Of a stretch of DNA of 64,000 bases, positions 50,545 through 63,613 are shown one piece after another. The stretch is from NCBI GenBank assembly GCA_052327205.1, contig CM126224.1, positions 30,814,001 through 30,878,000 on the forward strand, written 5' to 3'. A program made the translations under genes and the position numbers. A model generated the notes under the pieces. That model was not told where the DNA came from. It was given only the letters and a program-made list of their open reading frames with translations, and made no database searches. Origin of the DNA: Somniosus microcephalus (Eukaryota). Each line of letters opens with the position of its first letter. Positions within the stretch are counted from its first letter, which is position 1.

Positions 50545-50740
50545 TTTTGCACAGCGAGTTGCTGTGATCTGGAAGGGTGGTGGAAGAAGATTCAATAGAA
50601 ACTTTCAAAAGAGAATTAGATAAATATTTGAAGGGAAAAAAGTAGAGGAATGGGACTTATTGGATAGGACTACTAAAGAGCTGGCACAGGCTCGCTGGGC
50701 CGAATGGCCTCCTTCTGTGTTGTATCGTTCTCTGATTCTA
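50545..50740 (+). mobile_element. CR1 3' fragment
   Basis: acagcgagttgctgtgatctggaa...actttcaaaagagaattagataaata...gggccgaatggcctccttctgtg. Confidence 0.75.
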
Positions 50741-51524
50741 CAAGTTTCTATATCAGTAAATATAGAGTTTTTACAGTGTTTTTAAAGGACGGGGTCTTTA
50801 TGGACAGTGTTATTTCCCTGTTTAGCTGGATTTTTTCCCGGAAAGTACAATAATTCATATTAATTATCAGCTTTCCAAGAGAAAAAAACGATTCAATCGC
50901 CCATTTCATATACTTCGGATTTATTTGGTGGACTGTGTTTTCTTAGGAAACCATTATCTTGCACACGGTCAGAGGGTCAGTTTGGCACGAAGCAAAATAC
51001 CGAGGCCGTCACCTCAACGACTACAGCACCCAGAGAGAACTAACCAGTTACTGAAACCACTCAGCGGAGAACTCACGCGAAAGAAATCATTCGCAACTCA
51101 CACATGAAACAACCAACAGTTTTGCACGTCGCCTGCTGACGGGACTGGGCCTTAGCTCGGCACTGAGCCCAGCAGAATGGCTGTGAAATGCAGCGACTGG
51201 TCAGAGGCTCACAGATACTCCAGTGGCCAGGGTAAGTCTCTTCAGCTCTGCGAAACCGGTGGCCAAAATGACAGAAAAATAAATGAGTGAAAAGCATAAA
51301 AAAGGAAACATTTCTCTCACCACAGATCATTTTGGGTTGGGAGGGAGGGGGGGGGGCGCGTGGGGGGTACTTTGACATTTAATCTGATAAATTCTCTGCT
51401 TAACTCTGCCATTTCTGATTGAAATACTAACTGTAGGGCTTAAAGGGATCCTGCAATGACTGGTGAACAAATCTATAATTAAAAAGAAGAGGCTCAGTGG
51501 ATCAGCCAGTTTATTGAGTGGGTA

Positions 51525-51692
51525 CAAGAAGAAAATACTGCAGATGCTGGAAATCTGAAATAATAACAGAAAATACTGGAGATACTCAGCAGGTCAGGCA
51601 GCATCTGTGAAGAGAGAAACAGAGTTAACGTTTCAGTGATCTTCACAGATGCTGCCTGACCTGCTGAGTATCTCCAGCATTTTCTGTTTTTA
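51525..51692. mobile_element. Penelope-like inverted pseudo-LTR mini-element (hairpin)
   Basis: acagaaaatactggagatactcagcaggtcaggcagcatctgtgaaga pairs with tcttcacagatgctgcctgacctgctgagtatctccagcattttctgt; flanking 14-bp repeat ttat(t/g)gagtgggta (51511-51524 and 51693-51706). Confidence 0.8.
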
Positions 51693-51706
51693 TTATGGAG
51701 TGGGTA

Positions 51707-52140
51707 GTTGATCCATACAGGGAAGGCAGGCCCTCGCTTCCTCCCGTGCTCTGTGCCGAGTTAGTTGCTCGGTGTGGGCAGTACCAGGTGCCACAAGCGG
51801 CTTCAGTGCCCTTGTGTTAGGGAGTGGGGGGGGGGGGGGGGAACCAGTCAGGGTTGGCATCCAATGACCTCTGCTGGAATTGCATTTGTGTGGACCGCGG
51901 GTAAGGACAGGATCCGGCCAAGCTGTGATGCACCCCGCGATTAAATAGCCTGCCAAGCTCACACATGTACAATGGGCACCCGGAAGGCTGCTGGTGCCTG
52001 GAGGAACTCTACCCCAGCAAGGAGCCAACGCCTCCAGGATAGGAAGGAGTGGAGACTCCCTTCCCTCAAAAATGAAGCTCAGCTTATAAAATCTCCTAAA
52101 AAAATATCTATTAACTGGTTCAATTCCACCTCCTGTCTCC
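51707..52140 (+). mobile_element. Ancient SINE, same family as 18215-18580
   Basis: ctgtgccgagttagttgctc...cttcagtgcccttgtgttagggag...atccaatgacctctgctggaa...ggacaggatccggccaagctgtgatgc...aaatagcctgcc. Confidence 0.5.
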
Positions 52141-54885
52141 AGTTTGCACGGGGAGGCGACTGAGGGTATCTGCTCCGTCGATATACCACTAAGTAGATTA
52201 TAATCACTAAGTGTCTATTATGGAGCTCAGTATATTTTACAAGAAGCAGTATTATATCAGTGTTATACTGTACACATGCAATGATCATTCGGCGATGAAT
52301 ACACAGAAACAAACCAATAAGCCAAACTAATGATTGATCCGCAACAATTCAACTCCAGGGCTCTTTCGAAAGGAGCTTCTCTGATCAGTACTCTTGCCCC
52401 CACAAACCATCCTCAATATTTTTCCAAGAATGGCTGCAAAGTGAAACTCTGATTTTGTATGCTTGACACAGAAGATGAATTCGTGAACACTGGTTTCTAA
52501 TCTATTACAGTGCTGTTAGTCGGCGATCTGTATGGAGCACAGAACGATGCACAGAGATAAAGAACCAACAAACTGTGCTGAGTTTGGAGGTAATAGGAAA
52601 GTAATAATTCAATGTTTCGCTTTAGAAATAGGACGTACCGATTTAAACAACACACTTATCTACCAACGGCCACAAATCAAAATCGCCGTTACCCAATTAA
52701 CTATGGGTTGGTGTGAACTTTAGGTATACTGTGGTGACTTGTTTGAAAGTGTTACGACTTCATTCAGAAAGTAATAAGTGAAGCGTTACTTTGCCCCGCA
52801 CCATCCATGGAGCTGGTGTCACATGTGGTCCAGCGGTTCGAATTGTTACAACTGTTCTGTGCCACACATCCTTCAAATAGTAAATGCATTGACAGTTTCA
52901 CGCAGCTAAATCCGACCACTTGTGTGTTTACGGTACACGTCATGTTCTTGAGATTGTTCATAGATGCGAACCAAATTATTTTATTAAAAAGCTCGAAATT
53001 GTTTTTAATCTGTAAGCAAAACCGTGGCTTTCTTGTCATCAGTATATTTATATGCTGAAAAGAACAATTTAGCACTGGCTCACCTGTAATCCATCTTGAA
53101 CTTGTGCTGGAGTATTATAGACTACAGTGTTTAGTACAGTATAAAAGTGTATTATAGAAACCATATAAAACATGTACAATCACACCATTAAACTGCTGTT
53201 GGATAAACACGGCGATAATTGTAGCAATGTCTCTCATTCACAACATATTCAGTAGTTTATTTTCCACCTGCTGAGTTTTGTATGCTTCACAAAACATATC
53301 CTTAAAACTGAGATAATTGGCTCAATCCTGTTGTGTATTTAGCTACGATTTCTGGTGACCTCTGGAACTACAGAGATTACATAATGATCTCTGGTGTTGG
53401 TCTAATCTCTGCATTGTGCATATATCTCTATTCCTTTCCAAAAAAAATAAAAAGTTTCAACATACTAAATTAAAACTAGTCGAGTTTTATCTTACAACCG
53501 TCTCCTCTAACTTCAACGTAAGTTTGAGCGGTCTCCCTCTTGTTGATCTCTGCTTGTGATGGTGGTGGCTTCTGACTGGAGGATCTGAGTCAGTCTTTGG
53601 TTCTTTCTCTGCATCCTGTATGCGTTTGCTCTCCGCAGCTGCAGTTGGTAGTTCTCAGCAATATACAAACGGTGCCTCTGTAAGAATCCACATCCACCTG
53701 GCATCTTGTAGATCAATCAGGAGATTCCTTTGTTTTCACAAGTTGTCTGCGCTGTTTCCTAATACTCTTCAATTCACATATGCAGCCCTTCCCACTGATT
53801 GTTGCTACCTGTTGATCATGGTTGCATTTTCTTCATTTAGCTTTATTTACTGTCCTATTCCTCCTTTGTAATAGTGTGATTGTCCCTTCGCACCCCTTTC
53901 TAGCTTTTGAGAACACCTTCCATAATTCTTGCCTTTGAAAAGGAAACAGTATTTTGGTTCTTTGTTCCATCAGTATTTGCACTGGAGAAGAGCCAAATCC
54001 TTCAGTTGGAGTGTTTCTCCAGTCAATCAGCGATAAGTAAGTACCTTGATCTGCCTTAGTTTTCTTCATCAATCCTTTCATTGTTTTAACTGCACTCTCC
54101 ACTCTACCATTAGACTGCATAATTTGAAAATGATGTTATATGGATAAAACCCTAATCTATTGCAAATTAAGCTCCAAGCTTGAGATCAGAAATCCAGTGC
54201 CACTCCATACAATAGGACTGAAATTCTTCTTTGTTCTATTTTAGCAAATTGGTTAACATATTTCCATCAAATATCTGTGTGTACTATTTCAACAAATACA
54301 TGAATGTAGTTAAATAAATGGGTTAAAAATACTTAAGACAGCACACGGAGGAATTTTAACCTCTATCTAGTATGCAAAATGTGATTTAAGACTAGCAATA
54401 ACAGAACTCCAAGTAATCTGTTGTAAGTTAAGCTCAAAATACTTTGAATCGCAGTTTAATGCAATGACATAACTTTTTTTCTATTTAGGATGAATTCATC
54501 TACATCTACATTTGGCCACAACCTGTCAGGGAAATCATGAGACACCAAAAGTTCTTCAGTCTGTGATTTGCAATATGTTTTACAAATGTTACATGAAGAG
54601 ATGTAGACTTAATTTCAGCATTCATGCTGTGCCAGCATATAACATCTCTCTGGTATTGTACAGACATTCTTTAATTCCAATATGGCTGGAGTGGATTATT
54701 CACTTCATCTCTGCCCTCCAAGAAACTCAATTTCCTTTGAACAAGATCTCCTTTTGATTGGACTGGTCAGGTTGGAAATGGTCATGTCCTTTAATCTCAT
54801 AAGTATCACTATTTTTTGCACTTTGGTCATCCTGTCAAAATTGGATATTTACATTTTTGTAGGGCTTGGGTTTTTGAGCTTTCAG

Positions 54886-55113
54886 CTGGATTTCAGCTAG
54901 TCACTGTTTCAAGATAGGGGGACAGCGCATGATGTTGATGCCCTGGATTTCAGCTAGTCACTGTTCCAAGATAGGGGGACAGTGCATGATGTTGATGCTC
55001 TGGATTTCAGCTAGTCACTGTTCCAAGATAGGGGGACAGTGCATGATGTTGATGCTCTGGATTTCAGCTAGTCACTGTTCCAAGATAGGGGGACAGTGCA
55101 TGATGTTGATGCT
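54886..55113. repeat. 57-bp minisatellite x4 inside the Gypsy pol
   Basis: Unit ctggatttcagctagtcactgttccaagatagggggacagtgcatgatgttgatgct starting at 54886, 54943, 55000 and 55057. Confidence 0.95.
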
Positions 55114-55930
55114 CCTGATCTCTTCAATTAATTTTATCTTCAGCTTTGGTCAGGAGTGCTTCATGATCACCTTATTTATTTGTCCAGGCAAGTAAACTCT
55201 ACTGAAAGCATCAGCAATGTACATATCTGTTCCTTGCTTGTACTATAATTTCAACACGTACTTCTGCAAACGTAACAGCATTCTTTGTAATTTGGATGCA
55301 GAAAGGAGTGATTTCTTACAATATTCTCAAAGGTCTCCCTCAATATGTTTCTTCCGTACACATATTTCTGAAACCCCTAACAGTCAATTTTCTTGACAAG
55401 CATTTCTATCTCACTTTGTACATAATTCCTTCCTGGTAAATACCTGAGGCATATGTCACTGGCAATCCTTTTGGGATCAAAATTGCACCAAGACCTGATT
55501 CCAATGAATCACATTGTAATGTGATCTCCTCCTTCAAATCACAGCATCTACAAACTGTATATTCTGTGCTTAGCTTTTTGTCTTCTGTTACAGCTTGGTC
55601 ATGGGTCTATATCCAGCTCCATTCTTTACCTTTATACGTTTCAATGGTCCAGTTACAGTCAACAAATGTGGAACAACCTTTGAAAGATAATTCACCATAC
55701 CCACGAGGTGCTTGAATGAATGGACATTAGTCGGGTTAAGCATCTGCTAGGAAGCTTTAACTTGTTTTCATATGGCTTCAACCTACTAATAGTTAATATG
55801 TGACCCATATATTTAAGCTCAAGTTGTCTCATATGATCTCTCAAACAGACTACAGAGAATCTTGCCATGTTCTCTATGGCAGTCATAAGACCACTTCCTT
55901 CTTTGTACACTAAAATGTCATTGCAATAAC

Positions 55931-56092
55931 TTTGGATAAAGGAAAAAGATTAGGTTAACGTTTCAGGTCTGCGACCTCTGGTCATAACCATTCTCTTTTA
56001 TCCACAGATGCTGCCTGACCTGCTGTGTGTTTCCAGCATTTTCTATTTTTATTTCAGATTTTCAGAATCTGCTGTATTTTGCTTTTTGTTTT
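55931..56092. mobile_element. Penelope-like pseudo-LTR fragment inserted in the Gypsy RT
   Basis: gttaacgtttcaggtc...tccacagatgctgcctgacctgctg...ttccagcattttct...tatttcagatt; flanked by attgcaataac at 55920-55930 and 56093-56103. Confidence 0.75.
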
Positions 56093-57910
56093 ATTGCAAT
56101 AACCTTTACTGATCAAGCTCCTCAAGAGTTTTATGCATTTCATTTTGTTACTCCTCTGAAGCCAATGCAACAGCAAAAACAGAGCCACTGCTGCCTTTAA
56201 AATGAAATACTGAAGGTTGCCAATAGACTTTGATTTTTTGCCCATCTTGATTTGCCAGAACACATCTTTGGCATCTAGTAGAAGCAAAATCTTTCTTCAC
56301 TGGCTCCTTATTTGCAACAGCAATTTTGTCCAGGGTGTGCATTACCAATTTCTACTTCAATGTAATATGAATTTTGTTGGCAACCCTGGTTTTCAAATAC
56401 ATGTTCATAATTTTCTTAGGCTGCCACCATACTACAGATATCAGTGTACATCTGTAAAATGTAATGCGCAGGCAGGAGCTGAACATCATGAGCAGCTTGT
56501 GCATTTTCACATTTGGACATGTGCTGAACTCCAATCCCTAGTTAATTTTTTAATGCTATCAGATCGTTTGGAAAAAGTTCCCAGGAGATCCAGTAGATGC
56601 ATGGGAACTTTTAAACTTGTCTTTGCACCAGGTTGCAGTTACAGATAGTCGGTGTGAAACCCAAGCACTGTGAAGTTACCTCTGGGCTTCAGTGCACTAC
56701 TGAATTATACCCCTACTTTTGGATCAAAAGTAACAGCCTTTTTTGGTTATATTGCTTCATTAGCTGTCATAACAGTATTTGCATAATGACACTTTGCATC
56801 GGCAAGCAGGGTCTTTAGAAAGTTTTTAGCTTCTGACACAAATCTGCACGTGCAAGTGTGACATCTTTATCTAGAGCTTGGATCTCAAGATTGTGTTTAA
56901 CTCCTCTGGTACCGTTCAATCTACATTTGCCTATTGGAAATATCACACCTTCATTACAGAGTTTTAGTCTAGTTTTTATTCAAAATCCAGCTGAAATTCA
57001 GGATCCATGGGAAATGTTAATCTTGACATTTAAAAAAAAATCTAAAAGCAATGAATAGAAATGTAAATCAATTCAGTTTTATTCCATTGGATTTTGCTAG
57101 CCTTACAGACAGAAATCCAGCCAATCAGGACTCACCTGCAACAGTGCTCACTTTGGGCCTCCCAAGTAGTTTAGCAGCCTCCTAACTAGTCAAGTAACAG
57201 CCAGGAACATTAATCCAGCTCTAAAGAGCAGGAAACAGTGCATAATTAAGCAGACCAATGGATTTGTATAACCTTATTCACTAACACAGCCATTTCCATA
57301 TTCTGGAAGACTGATTTATAGATCCAGGGCATTAATAGTTCCTCTTATGTGTGTAATCAACCTCTGGGTTTTGAAATCAGAAGCAAAGGGCAAATTACAA
57401 TTCAACTTTGAAAATAAGCATGCATCTGCTTCTGTAGTTTGTATTGAAAATTATATTTATTTGTTGATGAATTGACCTTTATACTCATTACAATTTAAAT
57501 ATTTAAAAACTGAAATTTTCAAATTCCCATGACAGAGAATGAAATATAATGCTGAACAATACATTGGAGCTTTTCAAAAGTCTCTGCTCACTGTTTTAGG
57601 TCCGTTAAGCTGAGCGTTGCTTATCTGATTAAATGCCGATGATTGTGGCGCAGTAGATTGTTTAACAGCCTGATGGCATTTGGTGGGGTGGGTGCTCAGT
57701 CTCCAGTGGAGTCTGTACTCCTTGGCAGCCTTCGGCCCATCACCAGCAATATGGAACCAGTTAATGCAGCAAAATCTACGTCAATAAATACTGTGCCAAA
57801 AGGTTTGGGTGCTCCATCATTGAATTAACTACAGCTAAGCTAATTCATATCTATAGATTTTAATTTCTACCAGTGGAAAATTTCCGGTTCTGAACATTCA
57901 TTAAACCAGG

Positions 57911-58561
57911 AAAAACTCAGCAGTCCAGGCAACATCCGTTTGGGGAAACCAAACGCAGATTGGGTGACCGCTTTGCGGAACACCTCCGTTCAGTCTGTAA
58001 GGGTGACCCCGAGCTTCCGGTCACCTGTCATTTCAATTCATCGTTCCATTCCCACTCAGACCTCACTGTCTGCGGCCTCTTGCATTGTTCCACGGAAGCT
58101 CAGCGTAAGCTCGAGGAACAGCACCTCATCTTCCGATTAGGCACTTTACAGCCTTCCGGACTCAATATCGAGTTCAACAATTTCAGATCATAACCTCGGC
58201 CCCTATTACATTTTTATATATTTTTTATTCACACTTTTGGTTTGTGACTTTTCCTTTTTTTCCTCTCTCTCCCACATGGCAGCTGTCTCTCACCCTGCCA
58301 GCGCATTTCACACTTCATCTAGAGCCATTGTCTGTTTCTTTACCTGTCCTATTACTATCTCGTCTCACCTTGAATATCTCTTAATGTCTCCTCTTTCATC
58401 CCCTCCCCCATTTCCCAGCCCCCAAACTGCCTTTTAATCTTTTCATTTCCTGCCTTTTTTTCTCAGTTCTGTAGAAGGGTTTTGACCTGAAACATTGACT
58501 CTGTTTCTCTCTCCATGGATGTTGCCTGGCCTGCTGAGTTTTTCCAGCGTTTTCTGTTGTT
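57911..58561 (+). mobile_element. 5'-truncated Penelope-like element: GIY-YIG endonuclease C-terminus, pseudo-LTR and a short inverted 5' pLTR piece
   Basis: GETKRRLGDRFAEHLRSV...PVTCHFNSSFHSHSDLTVCGL...RKLEEQHLIFRLGTLQPSGLNIEF; 15-bp duplication attcattaaaccagg (57896-57910 and 58562-58576); 5' piece gaaaaactcagcagtccaggcaacatcc is inverted relative to the 3' end. Confidence 0.9.
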
Positions 58562-58834
58562 ATTCATTAAACCAGGTCTGAACGTGAGGCAGATTGTTTG
58601 GAAAAATACAGTGAGCTACCAATTTCACTCCCACCTTTTTTGAAGATGGGGCAGAAAATGAAGTGACACAAAAAGAGGGAGCAAAACTGTCAGTTTCCAC
58701 TCATCTCCTAAAACCAGTTTAGATGTCGGACTCTGCTGTTGCTGCCTTTAAACTGTAGTGGGAAGCTGCCACTCACATCACTGACCTTCAATGTCATTTA
58801 TATATTTTTTTCATATCTCCACTATTCCAAGGTG

Positions 58835-59236
58835 CCAGCCCTGATTCAGTGGCAGCACTTTCACCTGAGTCAGAAGTTGTGGGTTCAAGTCCCACTCTAG
58901 AGTCTTGTGCACAATCTAAGCTGACACTCCAGCGCAGTGCTGAGGGAGGTGGATGTAAAAAGATCCATGGCACTATTTCAAAGAAGTGCAGAGGAGTTCT
59001 CCCCGGTAGGTGGCCTGGCCAATATCTATCCCTCAAGCAACATCACTAATAATGATAATGATTATCTGGTCACTATCACATGGCTGTTTGTGGGAGCTTG
59101 CTGTGTGCAATTTGGCTGCCGCATTTCCTACATTGCAACAGTGACTGCACTTCAAAAGTACTTAATTGGCTAAAAAGCGCTTTGGGACGTCCTGAGGTTA
59201 TGAAAGGTGTTATAGAAATATAAGTTACTTCTTTCT
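58835..59236 (+). mobile_element. DeuSINE (SacSINE1-like)
   Basis: Colinear with 4393-4823, with an internal deletion. Confidence 0.85.
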
Positions 59237-59258
59237 TGTGTAATAATCTTGTTCATTT

Positions 59259-61183
59259 ACATAAGAACATAAGAAATAGGAGCAGGAGTAGGCCATTCGG
59301 CCCTTCGAGCCTGCTCCACCATTCAATGAGATCATGGCTGATCTTCTGCCTCAATTCCATTCACCGGCCCAATCGCCACATCCCTTGATGCCTTTACTAG
59401 TCAGAAATCTATCGACTTCTGTTTTGAATATACCCAATGACTGAGCCTCCACAGCCCTCTGGGGTAGAGAATTCCAAAGATTATCCACCCTCTGTGTGAA
59501 GAAATTTCTTCTCATCTCAGTCCTGAATGGCCTACCCTTTATCCTGAGGCTGTGGCCCCTGGTTCTAGACTCCCCAGCCAAGGAAACATTCTCCCAGCAT
59601 CCACCCTATCAAGCCCTGTAATAATTTTGTATGCTTCAATGAGATCCCCTCTCATTCTTCTGAATTCAAGAGAATACAGGCTTAGTTTACTCAATCTCTT
59701 CTCATACGCCAGTCCCGCCATCCCAGGAATCAATCTCGTGAACCTTCGTTGCACTCCCTCTATGGCAAGTATATCCTTCCTTAGGTATGGAGACCAAAAT
59801 TGTACACAGTACTCCAGGTGTGGACTCACCAAGGCCCTATATAATTAGAGTAAGACTTCTTTACTCCTGTACTCAAATCCTCTTGTAATGAAGGCCAGCA
59901 TACCATTTGCCTTCCTAATGGCTTGCTGCACCTGCACATTCAGTTTCAGTGACTTGTGTACAGGGACACCCAGGTCCCTTTGAGCATCTGCATTCCCCAA
60001 TCTTTCACCATTTAGGAAATACTCTGCCTTTCTGTTTTTTCTTCACATTTATCCACATTATATTCCATCTGCCATGTTCTCGCCCACTCACTGAGTCTGT
60101 CGAGATCCCCTTGAAGCCTCCTCACATCCTCTTCACAACTGACACTGCCACCTAGCTTTGTATCATCAGCAAATTTGGAAATGTTACATTTAGTCCCCTC
60201 ATCCAAATCATTGATATAGATTGTGAATAACTGGGGCCCAAGCACCGATCCTTGTGGTACCCCACTAGTCACAGCCTGCCTTCCTGAAAAAGACCCGTTT
60301 ATCCCTACACTTTGTTTTCTGTCTGTTAACCAATTCTCAATCCATGCTAGTATATTACCCCCAATTCCATGTGCCCTAATTTTGCTCACCAACCTCTTGT
60401 GTGGGACCTTATCGAAGGCCTTCTGAAAATCCAGATACACTACATCTACCAGTTACCCATTGTCTACTCCACTAGTTACATCCTCAAAGAACTCCAATAG
60501 GTTTGTCAAACAGGATTTCCCTTTCATAAATCCATGTTGACTCTGCCCAATCTTACTATTAGTTTATAAGTGCCCAGTTATTGCATCCTTTATAATAGAT
60601 TCCAGCATTTTCCCAACTACAGGAAACTGTGCGTTATCCGGAGGCGAACCGTCCGGCAAGCTCGAGCCACTGGCAAAAATCAGGAGCCGTTTTTTATTCT
60701 TTTCATTTCTTTTCTTTGCTTTTTTTGAATAGTCAAGCTCTGCAACATCTGTAGCTAAGCAACAGCTTCAGCTAGAGACACTGCAGAGACGCTTGCCGAC
60801 TGTTTAGAGGCTGTTGCTAAGCAACAGGGTTTGTTGATTCATACGGAGATGAAAATCTCCGTATGTTTCAACATTAGCTCTGGAGTGTACGGCAGTTTTG
60901 AGGGAACGGCAGCAGTTCGGTCCCGTCAGTGCCGGATAGCACAAAGTTTCCTGTACTGATGTGAGGCTAACAGGTCTGTAGTTCCCCGTTTTCTCTCTCC
61001 CTCCTTTCTTAAATAGCGGGGTTACATTTGCTATCCTCCAATCTGCAGGAACCGTTCCAGAATCTATAGAATTTTGGAAGATGACAACCAATGTGTCCAC
61101 TGTCCCAATGGTCAGCTCTTTCAAAACCCTAGGATGTAGGTCATCCGGTCCCTGGGATTTATCGACTTTTAGTCCCATTAATT
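59259..61183 (-). mobile_element. CR1 LINE ORF2 fragment interrupted by a Tigger-like MITE
   Basis: [56 protein letters not shown]; tail (ttcttatg)n at 59259. Confidence 0.95.
60620..60953. mobile_element. Tc1/mariner (Tigger/pogo-like) MITE, 334 bp
   Basis: TA|CAGGAAACTGTGCGTTATCCGG...CCGGATAGCACAAAGTTTCCTG|TA; removing it restores the CR1 sequence ttcccaacta ctgatgtg. Confidence 0.85.
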
Positions 61184-62011
61184 CATATCAAATCTTCAGG
61201 ATCCTCTTATAGATATAATACACACATTTAGAATTGTTACAGTATTACTTTTTTTTCCTTCAACTGTCTCAGTAAGATGAATGTAGATTCTTGTGAATGG
61301 GACAAGTCACCCTATGTAACCCTTTATCTAACAAAACACAATTTTTAATTTCGTAGGTGATGGAAATGAGTAATTGGTCTAAGAATGTTATCAGCTTTAA
61401 GGGGAAAACGCCCATCTTTTTATTCATAAGGTAAGCAGACCCATTACCTTGGTATGGGCAGGAGTGTCCAGGTAAATAATCTATCCCTTTATACATTTTA
61501 ACAGTAGTTATGAAATGATAAAGTTGAACAAAGTAAATGCCACAAATACCTTAACGTAAAATTTTTGAAGAATTGTATTTCTTACCTATTCAATTAAGAT
61601 AAGAACTTTACTCAACAATCTAAAGCCACCTAATATTTTTAGGAAATGATCACCATGGATACTTACTGGGCATCTGATAAGGGCACCCACTATTGGCCAG
61701 CAGCTCCTGGGAGTTAAATTGGATCACCCCTGAAAATGGGCGCCGGGATCGCGATGCGTGATTAACCCGCGCATGTTGATTGAAAAACAGGCAGGATGCT
61801 AACTTTGTGCTGCCTGTGCATTACCACGATTTCTGCGTGCAGCCAGCGCTCCCCACGCTATTCATTGGCTGCACGCAGCAGCGGGGGGCCCAATATCATG
61901 AGTGCCTAGCACTACCTTAAAGCTAGCCTGCACCTATTAAAGGGGAAGGTGCATTGTGGCTGCTGGAGATGCGGAGATCATTGGGAATAGTATGCTGTAA
62001 AACAATCAACA

Positions 62012-63445
62012 ATGGCTGAATGGGAGAGTGCGGGCACCAAGGCTTGTGGACACTGTGCTGGAGGTCTTGGTTGAAGGGATGGGAAGGAGAGATGTCCTGT
62101 ACTCTCCGGGGGTTGGAGGCCCTCCAGACACATGCTCAGAAGGCAGTGGAAGGTCAATGACAGGAGTATAGCTCCAAGAACATGGATGCAGTGTGCAGGA
62201 AGAAGTTTAATGATCTCACATGAGTAGTCAAGATCAGTGAATGCATCTTCAAATGCCATATCCTACCAAGTGCACCATTAGCCTCAGCCGCTACTCAATT
62301 CACCACACCCCCATCACTCACCTACCAACAATATCTATGAATCAGGACTCACACCTAACATTCATATGCTTCACCTCACCCTCAAACACTATGCACAGCT
62401 TCAAGCCTCAAGCCCACATCTCACAGCTTGCACACACTGGCAGCTATTCAACCATGACAGCGACATCACCCAAACAGATTGCACGACACTCACTGACGCA
62501 TTTCCCTCTCTCTTACAGGAGAAGGTGGCGCACAACTGGAGACAGCAGGAACTAACATGAGGGGGAGAGGAGAGAGGTGCGCCTGCATGTTCCAACCCCC
62601 ATGGAAGATACGTTGCTGGCCATTATGGGAAGAGCCATTGCTGAGGCCGTGGCCACCGGCAGGGCTGAAGTGATTGAAGATGAGGGTATCTGCATATCTA
62701 ATCTTCCTTCTCTCATCCCACTTCTCCCTCATCTCTTCTGCCAGAAAGCCTGCATTCAATGTCAAGGAGAATGGAGGAGTCCGGCACCAACTTGGCACAG
62801 GGCTTTGCACAGAGCTTGGAGCCCATCCTTTCCAACATGGAGCAGGTGGCCACCTCCATCAGCACACCAACCATGATGCAGCATCTGATGGCCGATGTCT
62901 CAGCTTCCATTGCAGCACAAGCAGCAGCCGCCCAACGTCTGAGTGCGGCAGTGGAAGATCAGACTGCTGTCATGCAATCTCAGCTTGCTGCCATGCAAGC
63001 TCAAACTGCCGCCACCATAGTTCTGGAAACCACTGTTCAAAGGGGCTTCCAGGGTGACACAGCACTCCAGCAATCTGCTCTCCAACAGATTACTAGGGTT
63101 GCTGAGGCGCTGCCCCGGAGAGTGGCAGTGGCTCCAGGGAGCACGAACCTGCTGTCCTCTCTCCGGGTGACAGCATTCGTGCTCCTACCCCTGGCACTCC
63201 GCCAGTGCCCTTGCTGTTGCCTGTCAGCCAGCCACCCAGCCAGCCCAGGCCGAGATGGTGCAGCCTGCAGTCGGACCTTTTAGGTCCAGAGCTGCTCGAG
63301 GTTGCCCTCCAAGGCCATCTGCAGTCTTCTCCACTGAAAGTTAGCAGCCTTCCACCAGCCATGCTGTAGCCACTGGGGAAGCACCTCAGAGGAGCAGGCA
63401 AAGGCACACGGAAGACAGGCACTAAGGGAATGCACAAGGGTGATT
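62012..63445 (+). pseudogene. Harbinger Myb/SANT-like DNA-binding protein gene, spliced and disrupted
   Basis: RAPRLVDTVLEVLVEG..RRDVLYS, PRTWMQC/RKKFNDLT (frameshifted); acceptor tctcttacag|GAG at 62519 then EKVAHNWRQQELT*GG; downstream Gln/Ala coiled-coil segment (ORF 62759-63283). Confidence 0.7.
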
Positions 63446-63613
63446 AGTTTATATTTGTATGCACCGAAGCATGTTTTAATTTATACATTTGGATTGGAAT
63501 GTGTATTTTGTGTTGGTTTTTATTTTTGCATTGTGGGAAAGAGGACGATGGTCAGTGACAGAGGAATGGTAAGGAGTGTGTGACTGTTGGTGAATGGGGA
63601 ATTGGGGTTGAGG

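Larger units (their letters stand above)
53300..56980 (-). mobile_element. Decayed Ty3/Gypsy LTR-retrotransposon pol (protease-RT-RNase H-integrase order)
   Basis: Protease C-terminus KTRLKLCNEGVIFPIGKCRL (~56950); RT LLDAKDVFWQIKM and VIA(D)DILVY; LKYMGHILT; integrase QSNGRVESAVKTMKGLMKK...LSLIDWRNTPTEGFGSSPVQILM. Many stops and frameshifts; no LTRs recognised. Confidence 0.85.

Noticed and set aside
54886-55113. CRISPR-like array, or a repeat protein (ORF 54929-55195)
   Set aside because: Units are contiguous with no unique spacers, the context is eukaryotic, and the + strand ORF is an artefact of a 57-bp unit antisense to Gypsy pol.
62759-63283. Host coiled-coil protein gene
   Set aside because: It lies between Harbinger Myb-like exons and the transposase, and neighbouring exons contain stops and frameshifts.
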